Origin: Mobula birostris
Taxonomy: Eukaryota
Length of the DNA: 64,000 nucleotides
Reading direction: 5' to 3'
Assembly: GCF_030028105.1 (NCBI RefSeq)
Contig: NC_092379.1
Span: 93,691,488 to 93,755,487 of the forward strand
Of this stretch, positions 12,013 to 26,005 are shown in pieces. The notes under the pieces are model-generated. The model was not told the DNA's origin, did not search any database, and worked only from the letters and a program-made list of their open reading frames with translations. A program made the position numbers and the translations under genes. Each line of letters starts with the position of its first letter. Position 1 is the stretch's first letter.

Positions 12013-14410
12013 GCAACACACACAAAATGCTGCAGGAACCAGAGTTCCGCACCTGCCATGACACTGAGCTCTTCTTCAGCTGCTGCCATCTCCAAGCCCA
12101 TTTCTTTGGCAAGGACTCCCCACACCGCACCGATGACCCTTCTTCCATCTTCAAGCCTCCTGCTCTTCCTGGACACCCCGCCCTGGTCTTCTGCCTGCTC
12201 TGAACCTTTTCATTACCAACTGCCTATGGGACATTAACAACCTACACTTTAACACTCCTCTCTCCTATTCCAGCCTCACTCCTTCTGAATGCTCTGCCCT
12301 CCATTCCCTCCGCACTAATCCTAATCTCATCATCAAACCCGCAGATAAGGGAGATGCTGTAGTAGCCTGGCGTACTGACCTCTACCTTGCCGAGGCCAAC
12401 TCTCAGACACCACCTCTTACTTACCCCTCAGAAAGGGCCACACTAAGGAACACCAGGCCATTGTCTCCCACACCATCACCAACCTTACTGACTCTGGAGA
12501 TCTCCCATCCACTGCCACCAACCTCATAGTTCTCGCACCCAGCGCCCCCCCCAACCTGTTTCTACCTCCTACCCAAGATACACAAACCCACCTGTCAAGG
12601 TAGATGCATTGTTTCAGCTTGTTCCTGCCCCACTGAACTCATATTGGCATACCTCGACTCTGTTTTATCCCCCTAGTTCTGTCCCTTTCTACCTACATCC
12701 CTGACACCTCACACGCTCTTGATCTTTTCTAGGATTTCAAGTTCCCTGGCCCCCATCACCATATTTTTACTATCCAGTCCCCACACACCTCTACCCCCCA
12801 CCAGAAAGGCTTCAAAGCTCTCCATTTTTTCTGGACACCAGCTCCCCTCCACCCAGCAGAACTTGCTCTTGCTCTCAATTTCCCCATAGGCTCCTCCCAC
12901 CTCCTTCAAACAAAAAGGGGTAGCCATGGGCACTCGCATGGGTCCCAGCTATACCTGGCTAGTCAGTTACATGGAAAAATCTATGTTTCAAGTCTATACT
13001 GGTGACCATCACGCACTTTTCGTACGCTACATCAATGACTGCATTGGTGCTGCTTCCTGCGCCCATACTGAACTCATCAACTTCATTCACTCTGCCTCCA
13101 ACTTGAATTTGAACTCTGACTTCAAATTCACCTGGTCCATTTCCAACACCTTCCTTCCCTTTCTCAATCTCATTTTCTCTATCTCTGGAGACAGCTTATC
13201 CACCAATGTCTATTATAAACCAACGTCTATTATAAACCAACGGACTCTCACAGCTACCTGGACTGTACATCACCCCACCCCACTACTTGTAAAAATGCCA
13301 TTCCCTTTTCCCAATTCCTCCGTCTCCACTGCATCTGCTCTCAGGATGAGGTTTTTCATTCTAGAATGAAGGAGATGTCCTCCGTTTTCAAAGAAAGGGG
13401 CTTCCTTCCTAAACCCTCAACACTGCCCTCAACCACATCTCCTCCATTTCTTGCACGTCTGCTCTTTCACCATCCTCCCGCCACGCTACCAGGGTTCCTC
13501 TTGTCCTCATCTACCACCCCAACAGCTTTCATGTCCAGCACGTAATTCTCCAAAAACTTCTGCCACCTCCAACTAGATCCCACCACCAAACACATCTTTC
13601 CCTCTCCCCAACTTTCTGCTTTCCTATGCGGCTCCCTTGTCCATTTCTGCCTCCCCATTGATCTCCCTCCTGGCACTTATGCTTGCAAGCAGAACAAGTC
13701 CTATACCTGCCCCTACAGCTCCTCCCTCACTGCCATTCAGGACCCTAAACTGTCCTACCAAGTGAGGCAACACTTCACCTGCGAGTCTGTTGGAGTCATT
13801 TCGGTGCTCCCAGTGTGGGCTCCTGTACATTGGTGAGACCCAACATAGATTGGGATACTGCTTCACCAAGCATCTACGCTCCGTCTGCCAGAACAACTGG
13901 GATCTCCCAGTGGCCACACATTTTAATTCCACTTCCCATTCCCATATGTCCATCCATTGCCTCCTCCGCTGTCGTGAGGAGGCCACACTCAGGAACAACA
14001 TCTTGTATTCCATTTGGGTAACCTCCAACCTGATGGCATGAACATCAATTTTCTCAAACTTCCAGTAATGCCCCCCACCTTTCTCCATTTCCCATCCCCT
14101 TTTCCCTCTCGCCTCATCTCCTCACCCACCTTCTAGTGTTCCTCCTCTCTTTCCTTTCTTCCATGGCCTTCTGTCTCTTTTACCAATTTACTTCACAGCG
14201 CTATACTTTATTCCCTTCCCTTCAGGTTTCACCTATCACCTTGTGTTTCTCTCTCCCTCGTCCCACCTTTTGAATCTACTCCTCAGCTTTTTCCTTCAGT
14301 CCTGCCAAAGAGTTTCAGCCCAGAACACCGACTGTACTTTTTTCCCCACAGATGATTCAGCATTGTGTGTTGCTCAGATTTCCAGCACCTGTAGATTTTC
14401 TCTTGTTTGA
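12013..14410 (+). mobile_element. Long Penelope-like retroelement copy (degenerate RT and GIY-YIG) in SLAIN intron 1
   Basis: IIKPADKG, AMGTRMGPSY, RYINDC, FKFTWSIS, LYIGET..RLG..F.KH, PVATHFN motifs with frameshifts. Short inverted copy of the 3' tail at 12013-12039. Confidence 0.88.
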
Positions 14411-15402
14411 GGGTAATAGCACAAGTATGTACTGGTTATTTACATTCCAACACCACCATCCCTATAAAAACAATCAAAAATGTTGCTTAATTTTCTTTCC
14501 TGCAGTAGATTTTAGAAACTACATGTATATTTTGTATTTTAAAAAACTGCTCAAAGTAGCAAAATGCCATCAGGAATATTTCAAGATAATACTACAAGTT
14601 TAAGTTTAGAATAGATGACAGCTGATACAGATCAGAACTACCATAGGTATCAAAAATTGAAGGTAGATTTAAAGTTGAATACAAAAATGGATTTTGATTT
14701 TAAAATGTGTGGCGTTTAAATACCGTGATTACAAGCATTATTAGCAGTATTGTACAATACAATGCAAGCTCGTCGTAATAGAGTCATAGAAACCTTCAGC
14801 ACATCCAGAACTATTTTAACTGTAGTCCCATCAGCCTGCAGCTGAACCAAAGGCCTCCATACCCCTCCCATCCATGTCCCGATCCAAACTCCTCTTAAAT
14901 GTTGAAATTGCATCCACCACTTGCGTTGGCAGCTGGTTCCACTCTCACCAGCTTCCGAATAAAGTTTCCCCTCACGTTTCCCTTAAACTTTTCACCCTTA
15001 ACCCATGACCTCTGGTTGTAGTCCCACCCAATCTATACCCCTCATAATTTTGTATACCTCTATCAAATGTCCTCTCAATCTTGAACATTCCAGGAAACAG
15101 AGTCCCAATGTCTTTTAACTCAAGTACTCAAGACCCGGCAACATCCTTGTGTATTTTCTCAGTACTTTTTCAGCCTTATTTACAGGTGAACAAAACTGCA
15201 CACAATATTCCAAATTAGGCCTCACCAATGTCTTGTACATCTTCAACACAATGTTTCAACTCCTGTACTGAATACTTTGACCTAGGAAAACTTCCTTTAT
15301 GACCCTATCTACATGTGAAGCCACTTTCAATAAACTATGAACCTAAATTCCCTGATCTCTTTGTTATACCACACTTCTGTGCCCAAACTGTTCACTGTCT
15401 AA

Positions 15403-16149
15403 AGGTTGACTTATACTTGTGCATCAAATGTACACCACAGGTACGGCGTAGCCACGTACCCTACGCTGTACTCTACGCCAACCCTACACCGCAGCCTAAC
15501 GTGCATCTCTCCCAAAATGTAACTACGCGTCGCGACGACGCAGACCGAACAACTGTGATTGGTCCGCTTGGTAGCATCGCATTTCCTCCTACGCCGTAGT
15601 AGCTTCCCATTGGGCAAATGAAGGGCAGGGAAGGACCTCTGGCTGCAATGCTTTCCGTAAAGCTTTACAGAACTCCGAAATTATGGAGGACCCTGTGCTT
15701 GACGCCAGTTTGTAGCTAGCTGCTACAGCCTGTTGACTTCCACCTGAAGCTAAAACACGAATGGTGATTGCTAGTCTCTGAGTATACTGTGGGTACACTG
15801 ATGTGAAATAAATGGTTGGAGACGATGAACCAAATCGTCAAATCTACCTGTCGACATCTGAAAATATTTGAAATGCATTTCCTCGTGCGTGTCTCTCAGT
15901 GGCAGGACAAGCACAGAAAATTCACCCTCCTTCAGTTTCAGTTGCCATTGTTTGAAGTTTCAATTTCATCGTGTTGCGTTTCAACACGAAGAAACTCATG
16001 GCACAGAAACCCCACCACCAACTAGTGTTTTGGCAGTGAATTGCAGAGAGACGCTGACACACCAATGCACAAGTATAAATGCTCACAACAGCACAGCCCA
16101 CTTGCGTAAGCTACAGCACAAGCTAGTACGCTCAAGTATAAATCAGCCT
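15403..16149 (-). mobile_element. PIF/Harbinger deletion derivative nested in CR1
   Basis: TIR AGG(T/C)TGA(C/T)TTATACTTG, TAA TSD (15400-02 / 16150-52). Transposase remnants [15 protein letters not shown] and [28 protein letters not shown]...[10 protein letters not shown]. Confidence 0.88.
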
Positions 16150-17637
16150 TAAGACTTACCCTGGTTGGTGCTACCAAAGTGCAAAACCTCACACTTGACT
16201 GCATGTACTTTCATCTGCCACTTTTCAGCCCATATTTCCAGCTGGTCAGATCCCCTGCAAGCCATGATAGTCTTCCTCACTGTCCACTACACCCACAATC
16301 TTGGGGTCATCCTCAAATTTGCTGATCCTGTTAACCACATCATCATCCAGCTTATTGATATAGATGACAAACAACAATGCACCCAGCACCAGTGCCTGTA
16401 GCAAATCCACTAGCCACAGGCCTCCAGTCAGAGAGGCAACCATCTACTACCACTCTCTGGCTTCTTCAACAAAGCCAATGTCTAATCCAATTAACTACCT
16501 CATCTTGAATGCCAAGTAACTGAACCTTCTTGACCAGCTTCTCATGAAGGACATTGTCAAATGCCTCGCTAAAGTCCATGTGGAGAGCATCCACTGCCTT
16601 ACCTTCCAGAGGACCAATTTTGTTCTTTACAATCTTTTTGCCCTTAACATATCTGTACAATCCCTTAGGATTCCCCTTTACTTTCTTTGCTAGGACAACC
16701 TCATGCCTCCTTTTAGCCTTCTGTTTATCTCTCAAGTCCTCTCCTGCATTTCTTACACTCCATAAGTACCATATTTGTTCCTACCTGCCTATACCTGCAA
16801 TGCATCTCCTTTCCACCCCCCACTTATTCAGGGCTTCAGTATCTCTTGAAAACCAAGATTCCCTGAACCTGTTATCTTTACCTTTTATTCTGATAGGCTC
16901 ATATAAGCTTCATACTCTCAAAATTTCACTTTTGAAGGCCTCCCACTTACAATTTTGTCAGAAAACAGCCTGTCCCAAACCACACTTACCAGATCCTTTC
17001 TGACTCCATCAAAATTGGCCTCTCAGATTTAGGTCTGGTTTGCGGATTGAGATTCTATCTCTTTGCATATTTACTTTGACCCTAATGGCATTGTGATCAC
17101 TGGATCCTCTACACAAACTTCTATCACCTTCCCTGTCTCATTCCCTAATAGCAGATCAAGTATCACACACTCTCAGCGGGTCTTCCACATACTGATTAAG
17201 GAAACTTTCCCTTGAACACATCTGTCAAATTCTATCCCATCTAGTCCTTTTACATAATGGGAATCCCAGTCAATATATGGAAAGTTAAAAGAACCTACTA
17301 TAATAACCTTAAGTTTCTTGCAACAGTCTGCGAACTGTCTACAAATTATTTCCTACAAATCCCTTGAACTGTTGGGTGGCCTGCAACATAGCCCCATTAA
17401 CTTGGTCATACATTTCTTGTTACTGAGTTCCAACCATGATGCCTCACTAGATGAGTTCTCCAGTCTGTCCTCACAGAGCATCGCCATGATACTTTCTCAG
17501 ACTCCTTTAATCCCTCCTGCTCTGTTGCATCTAAAACAATGGAACCCCATAATACTGAGCTGCCAGTCCTGTGACCAAGTCTCATTAATGGTTACAATTA
17601 TAATATTTCCAGGTGTTGATCCATGCCCTGAGCTCAT

Positions 17638-18137
17638 AAGACCATAAGAGATCGGAGCAGAATTAGGCCATTTGGCCCATCAATTCTGCACCACCATTTC
17701 ATCACGGCTGATCCATTTTCTCTCTCAGACCCAATTTTCTGCCTTCTCCCCATATCCCTTCGTGCCCTGACTAATCAAGAACCTATCAACCTCTGCCTTA
17801 AAAATACACAGTGACTTGACCTCCATAGCCGCCTATGGCAACAAAATCCACAGATTCACCACTCTCTGGCTAAAGAAATTCCTCGTCATCTGTCTAAAAG
17901 GGCACCCCTCTATTCTGAGGCTGTGTCCACCGGTCTACATCCAGTCTATCAAGGCCTTTCAACATTCAATAGGTTTCAATGAGTTCACCCCTCATTCTTC
18001 TGAATTCCAGTGAGTAGAGGCCCAGAGCCATCAAACACTCTTCACATGACAAGCCTTTCAATCCCGGAGGGTTCGTGTACCTCCATTGAACCCTCTCCAA
18101 TGTCAGCATTCCTTTCTTGGATAAGGGGCCCAAAACT
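17638..18137 (-). mobile_element. Second CR1 3' end nested within the CR1
   Basis: (ATAAGACC)n tail and CR1 3' UTR. GCTCAT duplicated at 17632-37 / 18138-43; host CR1 sequence resumes afterwards. Confidence 0.7.
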
Positions 18138-20879
18138 GCTCATCCGCCTTTCCTACGATACTTCTTGCATTGAAATATACACAGTTTAGGACATTAGTTA
18201 CACATGTTCAACCTTTGATTCCTGACCTTGTCTGAGGTCTTAACAACATCTCCACAGCTTCATCATCTATTCTGACACCCTGGTTCCCATACTCTAACCC
18301 TAAACACCCCCCCCACCCCCATACAGCATCAGTAAATCTTCCCTCTAGGATATTAGTCCCCTTCCAGTTCTGGTGCAGACTATCACTTCTATACAGGTCC
18401 CACCTTTCCTGGAAGAGAGCCTAGAAAGCTAAAAATCTGATACCCTCCCACCTACACCAACTCCTTAGTCATGTGTTAAACTGTATAATCTTCCCATTTC
18501 TGGTCTCATTAGCATATGGCATGGGTAACAATCCTGAGATCACAACCTTGGAGGTCCTGCCCTTTAACTTAGCACCCAACTCCCTGAACTCCCCATGCAG
18601 AACTTCATCACCCATCCTACCCAAGTCATTCGTACCTACATGGATCATGACCTCTGTCTGTTCACCCTCCCACTTCAGAATGTCGAGGACTCAACCTAGG
18701 TTATCCCGGACTCTGGCACTCAGAAAACAACATACCATGTGGAAATCATGTTCTCCCCTACAGAACCTCCTTTCTAGTCCCTATCACCACAGCTCGCCTT
18801 TTCTTCTCCCTTCCCTTCTGAGTCACAGATTCAGTACCAGAGACCCAACCACTGTGACTTTCCTGTTTCTTCTGCTAGGCCGTTCCCATACCACCCCCCG
18901 CCCCCCCAACAGTATCCAAAATGGTATACCTGTTGTTGAGGGGGATGACCACAGGGGTACCCTGCACTGGCTGTTTAACTCATTTCCCCTTCCTGTCACC
19001 CAGTTTCCTGTGCCCTGCATCCTGGGTGTAATTACCTCTCAATGTTTCATCCATTACCCCTTCAGCCTCCTGAATGATCCAGATTTCATCCAGCTCCAGT
19101 CGTCAAGGGCACCGGAGGACTCCCAGTCTTCCCACATTCCGCAAGAGAAGCATTCCAATATCCTGCCCGGCATCTCTACTGTTCTAACTCAGCAAATATA
19201 AAAGGAGGAAGAACAATAAACTACGAGGGGAGGGGGAAAAAAATTATCTACAGCTTTTTTGCTTTCTTTGACTGAAGCCTCGATGCTTAAAAATCTTACC
19301 ACTCCAACTATGGCTGCCCCACTTGCCCCTGCCTTACTTTAATTTGTTCTTGCCAATCAATCCCAAATGCCAATTGGCTGCTGCTCAGTACACCAAACCA
19401 CCGGGAGTCTCTGCCTTTTCAATTCCCTCAGCGAACCTGAGTGAGCTACGTCTTCTCAGGCCACTGCTCAAAGCGTCAAACAGCTGTGAGTTGCCTGTTC
19501 TAACTGACTTTAGAGCTCAAACCAATCTCCCAACTTTATTTTCTTCTGCCAAAGCATAACGGCAAACTAAATGAAAATATATTTCTTTTCATCAGATTAG
19601 TAATGCATTCAGCCCCATTGCTTTCCTTTAAACAAGAATTTGCTTGACAAAGCTTTTTCTAGCTTCAGTTGGAGGCATGATAGAAAGTGAAGTGAAGTGA
19701 ACTATTATATTCAATACAAAATTTAGGACATTTAACGAACAATCATTGATGGTATTTATTTTGAATCAAATACAAACATAATTAGCAGCAAGCCCTTGAA
19801 TCAGCTATAAAATTAAGTTGCAGTAGGTCTTGCTGTGACCCAAACTACCCATTTCCCCCCCTACCCCAGTAAACTATCAAACCCCAATGAATGAAAAGTA
19901 TTCATAACTTCTACTTCCACCACCTAGTCAGGGAATGGAATTCCAAAGACTTTCTGAAAACTAAACTTCACTCATCTTTTAAAAAATAGTTCCAGATTCT
20001 TCCACAAATGGAAAGATCCTCCCTACAGCCACCTGTGAAGATCCTTCGGGATCTTAATTCAATCAAGTCCCTCTCACTCTTCTAAACTCTACAAACCTCG
20101 TCTCATGAGAGGAAGTTAGTCACATAACCCACCATTCTAGATAATAATCCTGTAAACCTTTACCAAACTTCTTTCAATGCATTCACATCCTTTCTTAAAT
20201 AGGAACATTAATATTCTGCACAGTACTTCAATTGTACTCTCAACAATGCCCTGTAATAGAAGCTTAATTTCCTTGGCATTGTTTTCAATTCCCCTTGCAA
20301 TTTATACGACTTTCCCAATTACCATTCTATCAGAGACTAACAATGAAATTTGGACAGCTCTACATTCTTTTGTTGATGCTTCAGAACCTCTTAAACCATC
20401 AATATGAGCTGTCAACAATACTCCGTGCTATGGTTGATTGGATCAGAGTATTCAATGGATGGGTGGGGTGGGAATGCAAGCCCAGAACGTTTTATCAGGT
20501 GTATGTATTAATCCAAAGAAAAGTAAAATCACCTTTACAATGTTTGAAGATTTATGAGGTCATTGATGTCAAGACACCTTAAATGGAAACAGCAGGAGCA
20601 GACAGACAGATTGACATATTGGGACTTTTAACAGGTGAACAAAAATGGGATGTTGATTTACGAGGTACACAAGGTCACTGATTGCCGCAGTTATTTACAA
20701 AACACTGAAGGCAGCTTAGTGCAGTCATGCACTGGTGAATTTTTATCTGATTTGTTGTATTAATATGTAACAACCACCTGAGCACATAAAATGTTCTGTG
20801 TAGCCTATCGTGTTAGTTTTCTCTCGTACATCATTCTTTCCACCAGTTACTTAAATTTTTATAAAATAGCTCCTGGTTG

Positions 20880-21880
20880 GAAGACCACAATCTGTGCGGC
20901 TTGGTGATAATATCTCCTGCTCGCTGATGATCAACACTGGTGCACCTCAGGGGTGTGCGCTTCATCCTCTGGACCCATGACTGTGTGGCTAGACATAGGT
21001 CAAATAAATAAATTTGCTGATGAAACGACCATTGTTAGTAGAATCTCAGATGGTGATGAGAGGGCGTACGGGAGCGAGATAAGCCAACTAGCGGAGTGGT
21101 GTTGCATCAACAACCTGGCATTCAACATCAGTAAGACAAAAGAGCTGTTTGTGGACTTCAGGAAGGGTAAGACGAAGGAACACATACCAATCCTCAGAGA
21201 GATCAGAAGTGGAGAGAGTGAGTAGTTTCAAGTCCTTGGGTGTCAAGATCTCTGAGCACCTAACCTGGTCCCTACATATCGATGCAGCTATAAAGGCAGT
21301 ACAGCGACTATACTTCATTAGGAGTTTGAAGAGATTTGGTATGTCAACAAAAACACTCAAAAACTTCTATAGATGTACCGTGGTGAACAATGACAGGCTG
21401 TATCACTGTCTTGGGGGGGGGGGGGGGTGCTACTGCACAGGACCGAAAGAAGCTGCAGAGGGTCGTAAATTTAGTCAGCTCCATCTTGGGTACTAGCCTC
21501 AAAGTGCCCAGGACATCTTCAAGGAGGGGAGTCTCAGAAAGGCAGCATCCATTATTATGGACCCTAGCACCCAGGGCATGCCCTTTTCTCACTGTTGCCA
21601 TCAAGTAGGAGGTCCAGAATCCTGAAGGCACACACTCAGCGATTCAGGAACAGCTTCTTCCCCCTGCCATCTGATTCCTATATGGACATTGAACCCATGA
21701 ACACTACTTCACTTTAATATATATTATTTCCATTTTTGACAATCTTAATCTATTCAATATACATATATTGTAATTGATTTATTATTTTTCCTCTTCTTCT
21801 ATATTATGTATTGCATTGAACTGCTGCTGCTACGTTAACAAATTGCAGGACACATGCCAGTGATAATAAACCTGATTCTG
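20880..21880 (+). mobile_element. Rex1/Babar-like LINE 3' fragment
   Basis: KFADETTIV, KTKELFVDFRK, QRLYFIRSLKRF; AATAAACCTGATTCTG tail. Confidence 0.8.
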
Positions 21881-22057
21881 CTTGTGCATCAGGCTGAGCA
21901 TTGCTGATTTTTATCCTGCTCACAGACACAAAAGATAACATGCCCCAGGTATTCCGATAACAGCATGCCTAAACTTGGAAGCTCAACCATCAAAGGAAGA
22001 CTGATTGCAAAATACAGAATATGATTAACAGTATTATAGCACCAGGTAAAGAATCTT

Positions 22058-22978
22058 TCAAGTCAAGTCACTTTTTTATTGTCGTTTCGACCATAACTGT
22101 TGGTACAGTACACAGTAAAAACGAGACAACGTTTTTCAGGACCATGGTGCTACATGAACGATACAAAAACTATACTGAACTACGTAAGACAACACCAAAA
22201 CTACACTAGACTACAGACCTACTCAGGACTGCATAAAATGCACAAAACAGTGCAGGCATTACAATAAATAACAAACAAGACAATAGGCACAGTAGAGGGC
22301 AGTAAGTTGGTGTCAATCCAGGCTCTGGCTATTGAGGAGTCTGATGACTTTGGGGAAGAAACTGTTACATAGTCTGGTCGTGAGTGTCTGAATACTTCAG
22401 TGCCTTTTGCCAGATGGCAGGAGGGAGAAGAGTTTGTAAGAGGGGTGCGTGGGGTCCTTCATAACGCTGTTTGCTTTACGGATGCAGCATGTGGTGTAAA
22501 TGTCTCTAATGGCGAGAAGAGAGACCCCGATGATCTTCTCAGCTGACCTCACTATCCGCTGCAGGGTCTTGCGATCCAAGATGGTGCAATTTCCCAACCA
22601 GGCAGTGATGCAGCTGCTCAGGATGCTCTCAATACAACCTCTGCAGAACGTGGTGAGGATGGGAGGGTGGGAGATAGACTTTTCTCAGACTTCGCAGAAA
22701 GTAGAGACGCTGCTGGGCTTTCTTTGCTACGGAGCTGGTGGTGAGGGACCAGGTGAGATTCTCTGCCAGGTGAACACCAAGAAATTTGGTGCTCTTAATG
22801 ATCTCTACTGAGGAGTGGTCGATGTTCAGTGGCGAGTGGTCATTCCGTGTCTTCCTGAAGTCAACAACCACCTCTTGTTTTATTCACATTCAGAATCAGG
22901 TTGTTGGCTCTGCACCAGTCCGTTAGCCGCTGCACCTCCTCTCTGTGTGCTGACTCATCGTTCTTGCTGATGAGACCC
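22058..22978 (-). mobile_element. Rex1/Babar-like LINE 3' fragment
   Basis: VVDFRK, KFLGVHL, KKAQQRLYFLRSL, LFSLLPSGKR; (TTGAC)n tail at 22058. Confidence 0.8.
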
Positions 22979-24329
22979 AATACCCTTCACATTCTCTACA
23001 ATACAGCCAGCAAATCAATAACTTCTGAGCAGTCACCACTTTGCAATTCAAATAATAATTTGCACACATAAAGATCTAATAAACAGCCAACAGATGAAGT
23101 GACCAGAATTGGAATACATAATCTGCCAGATGAATGCCAGATATCAAATGAAAACCATTTTAAAAGTGACATCTCTGGAAAAATACACACAGCCATAATC
23201 AAACAGCAATTTATAATCATATAAAGAGCCCAAGTCATTCACAAGAGCATTAACAAGCAAAATTGAAAACTCAGTGTCAATAGATATTCAAGACAAATGG
23301 TGGACAACTAAATTCAAGAATGACAGCACAACTAACCCAAGATTTGGGACAGAAAATATTACACAAATTAGGGGAGGGAATGGTTCAAATTTCAAATATC
23401 AAGGAATTGCTTTAACAAAAGGCTAAGTCGGTCATCAAGCTCTGGGATGATGGATGAAGGTGAGGATGTGGGCAGTTTTGGATGACTAAGTTTATTGAGG
23501 AGGAAAAAAAGTGAGGGAGCTCAGCTGCAAGAATGATAAAATACAGAAGTCCAGAAGTTGAGCTGGATGTCAAAAATACAATTGGAGAATTGAAGTAGAA
23601 TTTTGATGTGCACTGCTGAAAAAGTGGGGGAAGGGGTTCTTTTAATAATGGTGGGAGGCATCAAAAATCTTTGGAGATTGAGTTAGATATGCATTTGGGA
23701 GGCTACAACATGCACTAGAATACCGGAAGGAAAAATAAAGCCAAGGCATTAACTTGTTTTTTTTTTGGGAGGGGGTGTATGTTGAAGATTCAAAGGAAAA
23801 GGGGCATACTCGAACAAAAGAACTGTTAATATTGTCCATGAAAATGAGAACTAATCAGATAACACAAACATTCTGGCACAATAAGCTCGTTGTAACCTTA
23901 AATAGATGGAAGAAAATAAACCCTTCCGGCATTATTTTGAAAAGAGACTACCCAATGAATCAAAAAAAACTTCTACCACTTTGCAGATCCATTGATTTTT
24001 AATTACGGTAACCTGATTTTCATCATTGCCTTTAACTTTACAGCTTACAACTTAACATTAAAGTAGCACCCTTTTCAAGGCCCATTCCTCTATTAGTTTC
24101 GACACCCGTATTTACTCAAAAGAAGGGAATTCTAAATTGCGGAAGGATAAATATGCAGGGTATTTCGAGAATCAACTACCCCAAACTACTCTCCATATCT
24201 GACCAATACAATCCGGATACCGGAGAAATGCTCCATAACTAACGTGGTAGTTCATAGCAGCAACTTTCCTGAACCGGACAACAGGGATGAAATAACACAA
24301 TTTAAAATGATGGCAGAGAACAGAGCGAG

Positions 24330-25030
24330 TTGCAGACTAACTGGAGTTAACCCTTACGGCCGTGCACCAGAAGCTCTCACCAGCTATCCTCCTCCACGGC
24401 GGACGGATCCGGGTCGAGGTCGAGGACATCCTCCTCCAGGAACACGGACTGCTGCTGCTCGTCGGCGCCATCCGGAGAGCGCAGCCAGCAGCCGGTCACC
24501 GTGCCGTCTCCGGCGAACAAGGCCTCGTACTCGTTCAGCAAAGGATCGCCCGGGCTCAGCGGCACATCAAGCCCGTCGCCGACGCAGCCAGTGGGCGCCG
24601 CTGCCCGGCCGGGCGGAGGAAGCTGCCCGATGTCGATCCCCGCCTTGGCTCCGCGGCCGCTCCGGATCCGCAGCTGCTCGTTTTGCAGCTCCAGCTTCCT
24701 CACCAGATCCTGCAGCTTCTTCACCTCCTTGTCCGCATCGGGCAGCGCGCTCACCATGGCGCCAGAGCTGCCCGGGAGGACGGGCAAGCCGGCATCGCCT
24801 ACCCTGTCGGGCTCAACCGCGTTGGATCCCACCATTGGTCGCATCCGCCACCTGCAGTCACTGGCTTCGCCTCACCATTGTAGATAAAGACTACCTCTGA
24901 CCCCCAGCGGCCCGCTGACATGCGCACAGCCCGAACGCGCCGTCTGCGCCTGCGCACAACCCGCCGCCCGGCTCTGGCGCCACTGGTTTCAAAAATGAAT
25001 GAGAAATCGACAACGGCCAATCCGGCTGCA
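24330..25030 (-). promoter_or_regulatory. CpG-island promoter of the SLAIN-family gene with NRF1-like sites
   Basis: Strongly GC/CpG-rich against an AT-rich background. TGCGCCTGCGCA at 24945-24956 and CATGCGCA near 24919 resemble the NRF1 motif. Confidence 0.65.
24381..24844 (-). CDS. SLAIN-family protein (probably SLAIN motif-containing protein-like), coding exon 1 of 8
   Basis: Encodes the N-terminal coiled coil EVKKLQDLVRKLELQNEQLR and ends EEDSW, as SLAIN1/2 exon 1 does. Donor TG|gtgaga at 24380. Lies in a CpG island. The start could be ATG 24844 or the next in-frame ATG (MVGSN). Confidence 0.9.
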
Positions 25031-25071
25031 GATGTGATGCAGACCCACTTTGCAAAAATTCTAGCACCTTA

Positions 25072-25603
25072 CACGCATCCCACCCTGCAAAAACTCTTTT
25101 CAGGGAGGTAGCTCCATCAACTTCCGGGGGAGGTGGGATGTCTGCAATAGAGTAGCTCCTTAGCAGCTAGCCAGCTAGTTTTAATAACGTTAGCTATGCT
25201 AATGAACGAATGACACCAAACTCACCTCCACATGTCCTTTAGAGTCTTAACCCACCAAGGGCAATAGAAAAGTCACTGTCGCAAACAGTGCAGCGAGCAA
25301 CACTGTCATTATTTTTGACCCCTACTGGGCAGGGGTACACTTTGGTGTAGTCTGGGGTGACGTACGATTTATATTTTCTTTTATTTGGAACACTCTGCCA
25401 TGGCACTTGTTCTCTCGTTCTCTCTCTCTCTCTCTCTCTCGCACGCGCACGCACATGCGCGTGCTCTCTTTTGCTGTCTCTCGCTCGCTTGCTCTCTAAA
25501 AAAAAATCGATTTCCAGGATATTGTATATAACTTGTGGGCATCAGGGAGCCACTACCAATATGCGGGAGACTCCCGGAACTTCCGGGAGAGGTGGGATGT
25601 CTG
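25072..25603 (-). mobile_element. hAT-like non-autonomous DNA transposon with 6-bp TSD
   Basis: TIR CA(CG/GA)CATCCCACC; ACCTTA on both sides (25066-71 / 25604-09); minus-strand BED-finger-like remnant ARCTVCDSDFSIALGG. Confidence 0.7.
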
Positions 25604-26005
25604 ACCTTATCACTTCCAACATTCAGGACCATGGTGGGAAATCAAGTTCAAGGTTGTTTGTTGTCATTTACTGCCCAATTACACAAATATTTCTTCTGGA
25701 CTAAGGTGTGCAGTACATACAACTGATAGACAACACATAAAGTGATGTTAGCACATAATAAGGTGCATTTACAACACAAGTTAAAAAGTAAACTGTATAA
25801 TGATGGAGAAATTCTGTGTAGTGTAATGGATTGTGTGAGTATTCGTAGCGTCAGAGTGCATATGACGTCAGGACGTAGAGAAGTAAAAAATGGAAGTCTG
25901 GTGAATAAACGTGGTTGTTCAATCTACAGCGGTGTCTGAGTCACATCAATATTACATGGTGTCAGAAGAAATCGCGAAAAAAAAGGAAGAGAAGACACAT
26001 AAAAG

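Larger units (their letters stand above)
14778..19350 (-). mobile_element. Degenerate near-full-length CR1 LINE with nested insertions
   Basis: Minus-strand RT motifs (MDFSEAFD, LFVIYINKLDD..ISKFEDD), ORF1 esterase-like region at about 18300-19100, CR1 tail near 14778. Boundaries approximate. Confidence 0.8.

Noticed and set aside
13202-13241. 17-bp tandem duplication in Penelope RT
   Set aside because: Ordinary frameshifting slippage in a dead copy.
18473-19201. 242-aa plus-strand ORF
   Set aside because: Antisense to the decayed CR1 ORF1; not an independent gene.
24244-24900. Plus-strand ORFs of 218, 173 and 128 aa
   Set aside because: Antisense shadows of the GC-rich SLAIN exon 1; no recognisable domain.
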